A DNA stretch of 64,000 nucleotides, taken from positions 19,206 through 83,205 of the forward strand of contig JBKBQT010000004.1 of assembly GCA_046292445.1 (NCBI GenBank), given 5' to 3'. This document shows, one piece after another, positions 1 to 17,435 of the stretch. How positions within the stretch are numbered: the stretch's first letter is position 1; every line of letters starts with the position of its first letter. The position numbers were made by a program, and so were the translations under genes. The notes under the pieces are model-generated. The model was given only the letters and a program-made list of their open reading frames with translations. It was not told where the DNA came from and did not search any database. This DNA is from Gemmobacter sp. (GTDB lineage Bacteria; Pseudomonadota; Alphaproteobacteria; Rhodobacterales; Rhodobacteraceae).

Positions 1-4133
<4,133 letters not shown>

Positions 4134-4135
4134 AG

Positions 4136-4206
4136 CCAAGAATTTTCGCACGAAAATTCTTGGGCGACGAAGGTCGCGCGAAAAACCTTCGAACGAAGGT
4201 TTTTCG
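4136..4206. repeat. Bipartite palindromic hairpin element, copy 1 (a-hairpin 4136-4163, b-hairpin 4179-4206)
   Basis: 4136-4163 is CCAAGAATTTTCG-ca-CGAAAATTCTTGG (13-bp arms). 4179-4206 is CGAAAAACCTTCG-aa-CGAAGGTTTTTCG (13-bp arms). I checked both base by base. It starts 3 nt after the rpoB stop and shares its architecture with the copies at 38226-38301 and 60695-60765. Confidence 0.85.
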
Positions 4207-4250
4207 TCCCCCCGCCAAAACCGCCGCCACTTTTCGGACAGGATCAGGAC

Positions 4251-8495
<4,245 letters not shown>

Positions 8496-8518
8496 CCCGA
8501 GCCTTGCGCGACCGAACG

Positions 8519-8550
8519 GGGCCCCCGCATCGACGGGGGCCCTTTTCCTT
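8519..8550 (+). terminator. Intrinsic terminator downstream of rpoC
   Basis: GGGCCCCCG (8519-8527), 6-nt loop, CGGGGGCCC (8534-8542), followed by TTTTCCTTT. It begins 24 nt after the rpoC stop. Confidence 0.7.
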
Positions 8551-8589
8551 TCCGGATCGGCCGTTTACCGGTGACGCCCGGAGGGCACG

Positions 8590-9471
8590 ATGCCACTTGC
8601 CGACAATACCCGCGGGGCGGTCCTGATGATGGCGGCGATGGCCGGCTTCACGGTCAACGACGCCTTCATGAAATCGCTGTCGGGCGAGGTGCCGCTGTTC
8701 CAGGGGATTTTCCTGCGCGGGGCGCTGGCGACGCTGTGCCTCGGCCTTGCTGCAGCGGCCAGCGGTGCGCTGCGCGCGCGCATCGACCGCGGCGACATGC
8801 TGCGGGTCGGTGTCCGCGGCGTGGCCGAAATCCTCGCAGCCTGGTTCTTCATCCTTGCGCTTTTCAACCTGCCGCTGGCCAATGTCACGGCCGTGCTGCA
8901 GGCCCTGCCGCTGACCGTCACCCTCGCCGCCGCGCTGTTCATGGGCGAGCCGGTCGGCTGGCGGCGGTTCACGGCGATCGGGGTCGGGTTCTGCGGCGTG
9001 ATCCTGATCGTGCGGCCGGGGCCGGAGGGGTTCAATCTCTACGCCTTCGCCGCCCTCGCCGCCGTCGCCTGCGTGACGGTGCGCGACCTTGTGACACGGC
9101 GCCTCACGCCGGCGATGCCATCGCTTCTGGTGGCGGCAGCGGTGTCGGGGATGGTGACGGTCTTTGCCGGGCTCGCCAGCCTGACCGAAACCTGGGCGCC
9201 GCTCGGGGCGGGCACGGTGCTGCGCATCGCCGGTGCGGGGGCTTTCGTCATCCTCGGCTACATCGCTTCGGTCGGCGCGATGCGGGTGGGCGAGATCGGG
9301 GCGGTTGCGCCGTTCCGCTACACCAGCCTGCTGTGGGCGCTGATCCTCGGGCTGGCGGTGTTCGGCGAATGGCCCGATCCGCTCACGCTGGCCGGGGCGG
9401 GGATCGTGGCGGCGACCGGCCTCTACACCCTCTACCGCGAACAGCGCCTGCGCCGACGCGCCCGGCCCTGA
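8590..9471 (+). CDS. DMT superfamily (EamA-like) transporter
   Basis: 293 aa, hydrophobic throughout with about 10 TM-like segments in two similar halves. The N-terminus MAAMAGFTVNDAFMK is typical of EamA/RhaT-type permeases. Confidence 0.8.
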   Translation: MPLADNTRGAVLMMAAMAGFTVNDAFMKSLSGEVPLFQGIFLRGALATLCLGLAAAASGALRARIDRGDMLRVGVRGVAEILAAWFFILALFNLPLANVTAVLQALPLTVTLAAALFMGEPVGWRRFTAIGVGFCGVILIVRPGPEGFNLYAFAALAAVACVTVRDLVTRRLTPAMPSLLVAAAVSGMVTVFAGLASLTETWAPLGAGTVLRIAGAGAFVILGYIASVGAMRVGEIGAVAPFRYTSLLWALILGLAVFGEWPDPLTLAGAGIVAATGLYTLYREQRLRRRARP

Positions 9472-9536
9472 GCTGTCACGACGGTGTCATCGCAAGCTGG
9501 CAGAGGGCGCGCAGACACTTCCGCGTGAGGATACGC

Positions 9537-11708
9537 ATGACCGTCCGCCTGCTCGGGTTCACATCCGCCCTCGCCATCGCCGCTGCCGCCCCCGCGATGG
9601 CGGAAAAGCATTTCAACCGCATTGCGACCTTTCCCGTCATCGCCAACATGGCGGCCGGCGAGGACACGGGCCGCGAATCCTCGGCCGAGATCGTCTCGGC
9701 GTCTGAGGACGGGATGACGCTCGTCTATTCCGACAGCCCGCTGGGGGTGATCGGGCTGATCGACATCACCGATCCGCGGGCGCCGCGACCGCTGGGCAAT
9801 ATCGACATGGGCGGCGAGCCGACGACGGCGGTGTTCATCGGGAACCGGATCTTCGCCGGCGTGAACACGTCGGAAAGCTTCGTCAATCCCTCGGGCAAGC
9901 TGGTGACGGTCGATGCCGCGACACGGTCGATCCTTGCCGAATGCGACCTCGGCGGCCAGCCCGACGCGGTCGCCAAGGCGCCCGACGGCAGCTTCATCGC
10001 GGTCGCCATCGAGAACGAGCGGGACGAGGGCCTCAACAAGGGCGACATGCCGCAGCTTCCCGCCGGGTTCGTGGTCAAGCTGCCGGTGAGCGACGGGACG
10101 GTCGATTGTGCGGCCAAGCAGGTGATCGACCTGACCGGCCTCGCCGAGGTCGTCCCCGAGGATCCCGAGCCGGAATATGTCGATGTGAATGCGGCCGGCG
10201 AGATCGTCGTGACGCTGCAGGAAAACAACCACATCGTCATCATCGGTGCCGATGGCGCGGTGACCGCGCATTTCTCGGCCGGTGCGGTCGAGATGGACGG
10301 GATCGACATCCGCCGGAACGGCGCGCTGGAATTCACCGGCAAGAAGGGCCCGACCCCGCGCGAGCCCGATGCGGTCAAGTGGCTGGACAACGACCACATC
10401 GTCATGGCCAACGAAGGCGACTGGAAGGGCGGCAGCCGCAGCTGGTCGATCTTCCGCAAGGACGGCACGCTGGTCTTCGACAGCGGCGCGTCCTTCGAAC
10501 ATGCGCTGATCGAGATCGGCCATTACCCCGAGCACCGCAGCCACACCAAGGGGATCGAGCCCGAGGGTGTCGAGGTTGCGGCCTTCGACGGCATCCCGAT
10601 GGCCTTCATCGCGTCCGAACGGGGCTCGGCGATCGGCGTCTATGACCTGACCGATCCGGCCGCGCCGCGCCTGCACCAGATCCTCCCCTCGGGGATCAGC
10701 CCCGAAGGGATGGTCGCGATCCCGTCGCGCAACCTGCTCGCCTCGGCGAACGAATACGATGCGCGCAAGGGTGGCGGCGCCGGCAGCCATGTGATGATCT
10801 ACGAATGGGCCGAAGGCCCGGCCGCCTATCCGACGATCACCTCGGCCGGCGCCGAGACGCTGATCGGCTGGGGCGCGCTGTCGGGCCTCGTGGCCGATGC
10901 CGAAAAGCCCGGTATCCTCTATGCGGTCTCGGACAGCGTCTTTGCGATGCAGCCCGCGATCTACACCATCGACGCAACGCAGACCCCCGCCCGCATCACC
11001 GCCAAGACGGTCGTCACGCGGTTCGGGGCGCCGGCGCAGAAGCTCGACCTCGAAGGGATCGCGCTCGCCGCCGATGGCGGGTTCTGGCTCGCGTCCGAAG
11101 GGCGGACCGACCGGCTGACGCCGCATGCCATCATCCGCACCGATGCCAAGGGCGAGATCCGCGAAGAGATCGGGCTGCCGCCGGAATTGCTGAATTACGA
11201 GACCCGCTTCGGCTTCGAAGGCATCTCGGTCCTCGGCGACGTGCTCTGGCTCGCGGTGCAGCGCGAATGGAAGGACGATCCCAAGGGCATGGTCAAGCTG
11301 GTGGCCTATGACACCAAGGCCAAGACCTGGGGCGCGGTGCATTACCCGCTCGACGCGCCCCCCGCAGACGGCTGGATGGGCCTGTCCGAAATCACGATCC
11401 GCGGCGACTGGGCCTATGTGATCGAGCGCGACAACCAGATCGGCGCGGAGGCGCAGACCAAGCGCCTCTACCGCGTGCCGGTGGCGCAGCTCGCGGCGGC
11501 ACCGCTCGGCGGCACGTTGCCCGTGGTCACCAAGGAGCTCGTGCGCGACTTCATCCCCGACCTGCAGGCGCTGAACGGCTATGTGCAGGACAAGGTCGAA
11601 GGCTTTGCCATCGACGCGGCCGGCGCTGCCTTTGTCGTGACGGACAACGACGGGGTCCAGGATGCCTCGGGCGAGACGCTGTTCTGGTCGATCGGCACAG
11701 TCGAGTGA
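9537..11708 (+). CDS. Secreted beta-propeller protein with a phytase-like (esterase-like activity of phytase) C-terminal region
   Basis: I chose the ATG at 9537 inside the longer track ORF because it gives a clean signal peptide (MTVRLLGFTSALAIAAAAPAMA/EK). The 723-aa protein resembles the choice-of-anchor-I plus phytase-like architecture, assigned from memory. Confidence 0.6.
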   Translation: MTVRLLGFTSALAIAAAAPAMAEKHFNRIATFPVIANMAAGEDTGRESSAEIVSASEDGMTLVYSDSPLGVIGLIDITDPRAPRPLGNIDMGGEPTTAVFIGNRIFAGVNTSESFVNPSGKLVTVDAATRSILAECDLGGQPDAVAKAPDGSFIAVAIENERDEGLNKGDMPQLPAGFVVKLPVSDGTVDCAAKQVIDLTGLAEVVPEDPEPEYVDVNAAGEIVVTLQENNHIVIIGADGAVTAHFSAGAVEMDGIDIRRNGALEFTGKKGPTPREPDAVKWLDNDHIVMANEGDWKGGSRSWSIFRKDGTLVFDSGASFEHALIEIGHYPEHRSHTKGIEPEGVEVAAFDGIPMAFIASERGSAIGVYDLTDPAAPRLHQILPSGISPEGMVAIPSRNLLASANEYDARKGGGAGSHVMIYEWAEGPAAYPTITSAGAETLIGWGALSGLVADAEKPGILYAVSDSVFAMQPAIYTIDATQTPARITAKTVVTRFGAPAQKLDLEGIALAADGGFWLASEGRTDRLTPHAIIRTDAKGEIREEIGLPPELLNYETRFGFEGISVLGDVLWLAVQREWKDDPKGMVKLVAYDTKAKTWGAVHYPLDAPPADGWMGLSEITIRGDWAYVIERDNQIGAEAQTKRLYRVPVAQLAAAPLGGTLPVVTKELVRDFIPDLQALNGYVQDKVEGFAIDAAGAAFVVTDNDGVQDASGETLFWSIGTVE

Positions 11709-11715
11709 CGCATCG

Positions 11716-11739
11716 GGTGGCCCTGTTTGCAGGGCCACC
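11716..11739. terminator. GC-rich stem-loop between convergent genes (possible terminator)
   Basis: GGTGGCCCTG-tttg-CAGGGCCACC, a 10-bp perfect stem. No clear U-tract on either side, hence the low confidence. Confidence 0.35.
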
Positions 11740-11822
11740 GCCGCAGCCCGGGTCGCCGGGCAAGGGTTTGTTCGAAGTCATTAGGCGGTAAGGGCCTCGG
11801 CAGCGATGCCGGGGCCCGTTTT

Positions 11823-12164
11823 TCACGTGCGGATGACGTAATCCTTGCGCGTCGTCTCCACCACTTCCCAGGTGCCGCGAAACCCCGGGCGGATCACGGC
11901 GCGGTCTCCGGCGCGCAGGTGCTGCACGCTGCCGTCCTCGCCCGTCAGGATCGAATGCCCTGCGAGAATGCGGACATATTCCCATTCCGTATAGTCCACC
12001 CGCCACTTGCCGGGGGTCGACTCCCAGGTGCCGGCGCAGATGCCCGCGAAATCCTCGTGGTTCCATGTGCGCCGCTGCGGATTGCCGGCGATCAGCCGGT
12101 CGGGGGCCGGGGTATCGTGATCCGGGGTCAGCGCCCGGTCGTCGAGGCGCAGGAAGAGGGGCAT
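11823..12164 (-). CDS. Cupin domain protein (small single-domain, EutQ/DUF861-like)
   Basis: 113 aa starting at the ATG at 12164 (MPLFLRLDD...). The WEYVRILAGHSILTGEDGSVQHLRAGDRAVIRPG region looks like a cupin beta-barrel. The upstream part of the 250-aa track ORF is Arg/Gly-rich junk. Confidence 0.65.
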   Translation of the reverse strand: MPLFLRLDDRALTPDHDTPAPDRLIAGNPQRRTWNHEDFAGICAGTWESTPGKWRVDYTEWEYVRILAGHSILTGEDGSVQHLRAGDRAVIRPGFRGTWEVVETTRKDYVIRT

Positions 12165-12229
12165 TGCATCGCTCCATGACAACGGCCCCCGCCGGGTCAG
12201 GCAGGGGCCGGATGGCGCAGCGCGCCGGG

Positions 12230-13699
12230 TCAGTTCGTCCAGCGCACGCCGGTCAGGTCGATGGCAGGTGCCGGCGAGTTCGGCCAGAGCCCTTCGATCC
12301 GCGCGTTCGACACGCCGGTCTTGGCAAGCTGGAACAGAAAGCCGTTGACGTGATCCTCCGCGATCATCGTCTGCGCTGCCTTGAGCAGGGCCGACCGTTT
12401 TCCTTCGTCGGCCGTCACCGCAAGCTCGTCCATGATGGCGATGAACTCGGGCTTGCCATACTGGAAATAGTAGTCGGGCCGGGCGTAGATCCCGATATCC
12501 ATCGGCTCGACATGGCTGACGATGGTCAGGTCGAAATCCTTGCCGCGGAACACCTGTTCGAGCCACTGCGCCCATTCGACATTGGTGATCTCGGTCTCGA
12601 TCCCCACGCCGCGCAGCTGCGCCGCGATGATCTCGCCCCCGCGGCGGGCATAGCTCGGCGGCGGCAGGTGCATGCGCAGCTTGAGGCCCGTCACCCCGGC
12701 CTCGGCGAGCAGCGCCCGGGCCCTTTCGGGGTCATGGGCCGAAAGCGCGGTCAGATCGACGTAATCCGGGTGGTGCGGCGCGAAATGGGTGCCGATGGGC
12801 GTGCCATAGCCGAACATCGCCCCATCGATGATCGCCTGCCGGTCGATCGCATGGGCGATAGCGGCGCGGACCTTGGGGTTGTCGAGCGGCGGCTGGCGGT
12901 TGTTCATCGCGAGGATCGTCTCGCCCTCGGTCGAGCCGACGATGACGCTGAACCGCGGATCGGCCTCGAACTGCACCAGCGTCTCGGGCGCGGGAAAGAC
13001 CGGGAAGGCATCGACATCCTCGGCCATCATCGCGGCAAAGGCCGCCGTCGGGTCGGAGATGAACTTGAACGTCGCCCCCTTGAGCGCCGGCGCCTCGCCC
13101 CAGTAACTCTCGTTCGCCACAATCTCGATCCGGTCGCCCTGCACCCAGTTGGCAAAGCGGAACGGGCCGGTGCCGACCGGGTTCGTGGCGTTGGTGGCGA
13201 CCGATTCCGGCGCCATGATGACGGCATCGCCCCAGGCCATGTTCCAGGGGAAGTTGCCGTTGGGCGCGCTCAGCGTGACCTTGACGGTGGTCGCGTCCAC
13301 CGCCTCGACGGTCTCGATCCCGGCGAAAAGCTGTTTCTGCGCATTGGTCGAATCCGCCGCGCGGGCGCGGTCGAGCGTGAAGACCACGTCGTCGGCCGTC
13401 ATGTCGGTGCCGTCGTGGAACTTGACCCCGGACCGCAGGGTGAATGTCCAGACCTTCCCGCCCTCCGCCGGCTCCCAGGCCGAGGCCAGCGCCGGCTGGA
13501 CAGAGCCGTCCGGCCCGAACCGCGTCAGGCCTTCGTAGATGTTGGCATAGGTCACCTCGCGGATCGCCGCCGCCGCCCCGCTGGTGGGGTCGAGGTTCGG
13601 CGGCTCGAGCTGCATGCCGATGGTGATCGTGTCCTTCGCCGCGGCCGCTCCGGCCATCAGCGCGAGTGCCGCGGCACCCGCCAGCAGATGTCTGAACAT
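12230..13699 (-). CDS. ABC transporter substrate-binding protein, peptide/nickel family (family 5)
   Basis: Start is the ATG at 13699 (MFRHLLAGAAALALMAGAAAAKD, a signal peptide), preceded by GGGAAGGGAG. It has DppA/OppA-like sequence throughout (TIGMQLEPPNLDP..., NESYWG). Confidence 0.85.
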   Translation of the reverse strand: MFRHLLAGAAALALMAGAAAAKDTITIGMQLEPPNLDPTSGAAAAIREVTYANIYEGLTRFGPDGSVQPALASAWEPAEGGKVWTFTLRSGVKFHDGTDMTADDVVFTLDRARAADSTNAQKQLFAGIETVEAVDATTVKVTLSAPNGNFPWNMAWGDAVIMAPESVATNATNPVGTGPFRFANWVQGDRIEIVANESYWGEAPALKGATFKFISDPTAAFAAMMAEDVDAFPVFPAPETLVQFEADPRFSVIVGSTEGETILAMNNRQPPLDNPKVRAAIAHAIDRQAIIDGAMFGYGTPIGTHFAPHHPDYVDLTALSAHDPERARALLAEAGVTGLKLRMHLPPPSYARRGGEIIAAQLRGVGIETEITNVEWAQWLEQVFRGKDFDLTIVSHVEPMDIGIYARPDYYFQYGKPEFIAIMDELAVTADEGKRSALLKAAQTMIAEDHVNGFLFQLAKTGVSNARIEGLWPNSPAPAIDLTGVRWTN

Positions 13700-13747
13700 G
13701 GGGCTCCCTTCCCTGTTGTGCTTTGGCGCCATTCCGCCACGGCGCCC

Positions 13748-15019
13748 TTACAAAAGCAACTGCTCCAGCGAGAGGGCCATCACGGCGGCGCTGTCGAGCA
13801 TGTCCTGCACGCCCACCCATTCGTCGGGCTGGTGCGCAAGGTGCAGAAGGCCCGGGCCATAGGCGATGCAGTTCCTCAGCCGTCCGATCCGGTCGATATG
13901 CTTCTGGTCGTAGGTGCCGGGCGACACGACATAGTCGGCCTCGGTCCCCAGAACCGCGCGGATCGCCCCCGCCACCGTCCGCACCACCGGCGCCTCGCGG
14001 TCGGTCATCGTCGGCTGCACCTCGAAGAGATCGCGCACCGCGTAGTCGAAGGTCGGCCGCACAGCCTTGACCCGCTCCAGCAGCGCCGTCACCTCGCGCT
14101 TGACCTCGGCCAGATCCTCCTCGATCAGGAACCGCCGGTCGAGGATGATGCGGCAGCGGTCGGCGACGTTGGGCGCGGGAAGGCCGGTATAGCCCGGTTC
14201 GGGCTCCGGCTCGCCGCCGTGGATCGAGTTGATGTTGAGCGTCGATTGCCGCGCGCCTTCCGGCACCACCGGCATCGCGGTCGTCTTGCCGGCGAGGAGC
14301 GGGTAGAGCGCGGTTTCAATCTCGTGCAGCACCGCGCCCATGTGGCGGATCGCGCTGTCCCCGAGGAACGGCATCGACCCGTGGGCGATGCGGCCCTTCG
14401 TCTCGACCTCGGCCCACCAGACACCCCGGTGCCCGAGGCAGATGCGATCCTTGTGGAGGGGCTCGGGGATGATGACATGCTGCACGCGGCCCGGCGCGAA
14501 ATACCCCCGCTCGGCCATCCAGGCGACGCCGCCGTAGCCGCCCGATTCCTCGTCGGCGGTTGCGCTGATCTCGATCGCGCCGCGATAGCCGGGGTGGCAG
14601 GCGATGAACGCCTCGGCGGCGATGATGCTCGCGGCAAGGCCGCCCTTCATGTCGCAGGCGCCGCGGCCGTAGATCCGATCACCCTCGAGCGCGCCGCCGA
14701 ACGGATCGCGCGTCCAGCCGTGGCCGACCTCGACCACATCGTGGTGGCTGTTGAAATGCACGCAGTCGCCAGGCCCCGCGCCCTCGCGCCGCGCCAGAAG
14801 GTTCCAGCGCGGCCAGGCATCGCTGTCGCCCGGCGCGCCGACGGCGCGCAGGAATTCGACGGCGAACCCCTGCGGCGCCAGCCGGGCCGCCAGAAGTTCG
14901 CAGATGTCGCGGTAATGGCGCCCCGGCGGATTGAGCGTCGGAATGCGGATCAGGGCCTGGGTCAGCGCGATCAGGTCGTCGCGCCGGTCGGCGATGGCGG
15001 CGATAAGGCGGTCTGTCAT
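13748..15019 (-). CDS. M20 family metallopeptidase (ArgE/DapE/ACY1-like)
   Basis: About 423 aa from the ATG at 15019 (MTDRLIAAIADRRDDLIALTQALIRIPT). It carries metal-ligand contexts typical of M20 (HFNSHHDVV, GRGACDMKGG, ATADEESGG). Confidence 0.85.
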   Translation of the reverse strand: MTDRLIAAIADRRDDLIALTQALIRIPTLNPPGRHYRDICELLAARLAPQGFAVEFLRAVGAPGDSDAWPRWNLLARREGAGPGDCVHFNSHHDVVEVGHGWTRDPFGGALEGDRIYGRGACDMKGGLAASIIAAEAFIACHPGYRGAIEISATADEESGGYGGVAWMAERGYFAPGRVQHVIIPEPLHKDRICLGHRGVWWAEVETKGRIAHGSMPFLGDSAIRHMGAVLHEIETALYPLLAGKTTAMPVVPEGARQSTLNINSIHGGEPEPEPGYTGLPAPNVADRCRIILDRRFLIEEDLAEVKREVTALLERVKAVRPTFDYAVRDLFEVQPTMTDREAPVVRTVAGAIRAVLGTEADYVVSPGTYDQKHIDRIGRLRNCIAYGPGLLHLAHQPDEWVGVQDMLDSAAVMALSLEQLLL

Positions 15020-15046
15020 GGGCGCCACACTGCCCTGCCCCGATGC

Positions 15047-15074
15047 TTGCGTCCATGCCGAATTCCGCTATGAC
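15047..15074 (+). promoter_or_regulatory. Candidate sigma70-type promoter for the 15136 operon
   Basis: TTGCGT (15047-15052), 16-nt spacer, TATGAC (15069-15074), about 60 nt upstream of the ATG at 15136 (RBS GGAGGG at 15125-15130). Pattern match only. Confidence 0.25.
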
Positions 15075-15135
15075 GCTTGATGTAATCTGCCATAACATCC
15101 CCATCTGACGCGAAGATATTCCACCGGAGGGCAGC

Positions 15136-16212
15136 ATGGCCAATTTCGAGGCGCAGATCCGCAAGAGCGAGGCCGAGGTGACGGCCGCGCAGGCCAAGAT
15201 CACCGCGGTCACGGCGCAGGTCGAAGCCGCCCGCGCCCGGATCGACAGCGGCGAGCCCGAGATCGACATCGAAACCGCGACGCTTCAGGACGTGCATCAG
15301 CACACCGAACTGATGAACGCCAATATCGCGGAACTCATCATGGGCCTTGATGACGTGACGGCAGCGTTCTCGAAGGATTTCGACGCGATGCGGTCCAAGA
15401 CGGGGTGGGAATCCTTTGTCGGGGTCTTCAGCCGCGGCAAGTCCGAATCGCTCCGCCAGGAACGGCTGCGCACGGCGAGCATCGACGACAAGCTGCAGGA
15501 TCTCATTGCAAAGTCGGACGTGATCGTCCGCCTCTTGCAGGGGCAGCTCGAGCTTCTGAACCAGCAGAAGGCCAAGGTCGAGGCGAACCTCGGCGAAACG
15601 CTCGCCGAGCGCGAGGCGACCGTCGCCGCACTCGAGGCCGTGCGGGCCGAGGTCGCGGCGCTCGATCCGCAGATCATCGATCTGGAAAACCGCATCAGCG
15701 TCGAACAGGACGCTGCCGCGCGCACCCGGCTCGAGACCGAACTGGCCGCGATCAACGCCCGGCACAATGCGCTGGTGCAGGACGAACAGGTCAAGCTCGC
15801 CAAGTCCCAGACGCTCGAGCGCTACATCGAAAAGGGCAAGACCTGGGTGGACAGCCTGCAGAACCAGGCCGCGACCCAGATGGTGCTCATCAACAAGCTG
15901 CAGACGGACACCAAGCAGCGCGTGGTGCTCTACGATGCGCTGACCAAGTCGCTCAAGACCGCACAGCAGCAGGACGTGGCCCACCGGATCAACGAGATCG
16001 GCGTCAAGACGGACCAGGAGGCGCAGGCGGCCATGGCCGCCATCGGCACCGCGACGAACCAGCGGATGGCCGACATGCTCGAGGCGCACGAGGATCACAT
16101 GGTGTTCGCCCGCAAGGTTCTCGAGGCCAAAGCCAAGGCCGACGAGCGCTTTGCCCGCCGATTCGCCAAGATCGTCGAGAAACACGACAAGAACATCTAC
16201 GGGCAGGAATGA
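15136..16212 (+). CDS. Soluble coiled-coil protein, TelA-like (tentative)
   Basis: 358 aa, almost entirely heptad-like Ala/Glu/Gln/Lys/Leu sequence with no TM segment. The layout (GWESFVGVFSRGKSESL...SIDDKLQDLI...LLQGQLELL) resembles toxic-anion-resistance TelA proteins as I remember them. High GC3 in frame. The stop overlaps the next start (ATGA). Confidence 0.6.
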   Translation: MANFEAQIRKSEAEVTAAQAKITAVTAQVEAARARIDSGEPEIDIETATLQDVHQHTELMNANIAELIMGLDDVTAAFSKDFDAMRSKTGWESFVGVFSRGKSESLRQERLRTASIDDKLQDLIAKSDVIVRLLQGQLELLNQQKAKVEANLGETLAEREATVAALEAVRAEVAALDPQIIDLENRISVEQDAAARTRLETELAAINARHNALVQDEQVKLAKSQTLERYIEKGKTWVDSLQNQAATQMVLINKLQTDTKQRVVLYDALTKSLKTAQQQDVAHRINEIGVKTDQEAQAAMAAIGTATNQRMADMLEAHEDHMVFARKVLEAKAKADERFARRFAKIVEKHDKNIYGQE

Positions 16213-17330
16213 CCGCCCGGACCGTGCCGCAGGACCACGCGCCCATCCCCGATGCGCTGGTGGCGCGGCGCTATTTCGCCAAGTTCGACCGTATCGTGGG
16301 ATATCTGCCGCGCGTTGCGGCCGAACTGGAGGCCGACGGGCGGCTGACGCGGCCCGAGGTCCGCGCGACGGGGGGCTATGTCGAGGGCCTCGCGCGGACG
16401 TTCCGGGCGCTGTCGTTCAAGTACCTCATGACCGGCCGGCCCGGTGCGACCGGCAGCCTGACCTTCGACCGCCACGAAAGCGGCTTTCCGGTGGCGCAGG
16501 AACTGATGTTCATGGCCAACGATGCCGCGCAGGCCTACCGGCACCTGCACGGGATGCCGTCCGAGGACGAGATCAAGGATCGCATGATCCGCCAGATCGT
16601 GGGCGACCTGACCATACCGACGGCGCTGCAGTTCACGCTGTCGCAGCGGCTCTACTATACCGCGGTGACCGCAGGGGGCCTGTTCTGGGCCCGCAACGAC
16701 CCCGAGGCGCAATGGCTGTCGGAAACCGGCGGGCGGCGGCGCTGGTTGATCCACTGGGCGGTCTATGACAGCCTCGTGAACCTGCCGGTGGTCTACCTGC
16801 TCGAATGCGACGACAGCGGCCGCGAGCCCCTGCCCAAGGACGACCGCCGCTGGCCGCAGGTGCAGGCGCATCTGATGGCGCAGGCGATCAACGGGCTCAA
16901 GCTCCTGACGATCGCCACCGGTTTCGACAAGGATTTCGACGACCTCCACCCCCGGCGCCTGCGCCGGCTGCACCTCGGGCCGATGTATTCCTCGACCTTC
17001 ACGCTGCAATCGGGCCCGATCGGCGAGGTGCTGGCCGAGGCCGTGGCACCCGAGGGACAGGACTGGGCGCTGGTCTGGACGCTGGAGGAACTCGAGGCCT
17101 CGGGGGCAATGCGCGAACGCCAGGGCTGGTTCGGCACCGTGGAGCGGCAGCTTTTCGCGCTCGATCCCTTTTCGGGCCGGGGCGCGGAAACCGGCGCGAG
17201 CCGCACCGACCGCTATGTGATCCTGCCCGAGCGGCCGTATCAGGTCCTGGCCGAACGCGAGCCCCCGGGGTTCCGCAGCGTCGGGCGGTTCGTGGTCGGC
17301 GCGGGCGGGCGCGTGATGCGGGCGCGATGA
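16209..17330 (+). CDS. Hypothetical protein, no recognisable domain
   Basis: 373 aa from the ATG at 16209, which overlaps the upstream TGA (16210-16212). Amino-acid composition is coherent. The 15405 start in the track lies inside the preceding gene. Confidence 0.75.
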   Translation: MTARTVPQDHAPIPDALVARRYFAKFDRIVGYLPRVAAELEADGRLTRPEVRATGGYVEGLARTFRALSFKYLMTGRPGATGSLTFDRHESGFPVAQELMFMANDAAQAYRHLHGMPSEDEIKDRMIRQIVGDLTIPTALQFTLSQRLYYTAVTAGGLFWARNDPEAQWLSETGGRRRWLIHWAVYDSLVNLPVVYLLECDDSGREPLPKDDRRWPQVQAHLMAQAINGLKLLTIATGFDKDFDDLHPRRLRRLHLGPMYSSTFTLQSGPIGEVLAEAVAPEGQDWALVWTLEELEASGAMRERQGWFGTVERQLFALDPFSGRGAETGASRTDRYVILPERPYQVLAEREPPGFRSVGRFVVGAGGRVMRAR

Positions 17331-17435
17331 CGATGCGAGGGCGCCCGCGCCGAGCCGCCCCTGCCCCCGCCCCTCCCAGAAAGCGGGCGGGGCGTCATCC
17401 TACGCCGGCGCATCGCAGCACGGAAAGGTCGTCCC

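Noticed and set aside
9432-11738. A 768-aa minus-strand ORF.
   Set aside because: It is a shadow ORF opposite the phytase-like gene, with the same compositional signature and no recognisable domain.
12065-15073. A 1002-aa plus-strand ORF.
   Set aside because: It is antisense to the SBP and M20 peptidase genes, both of which have clear family sequence and signal/RBS features. Composition is junk-like.
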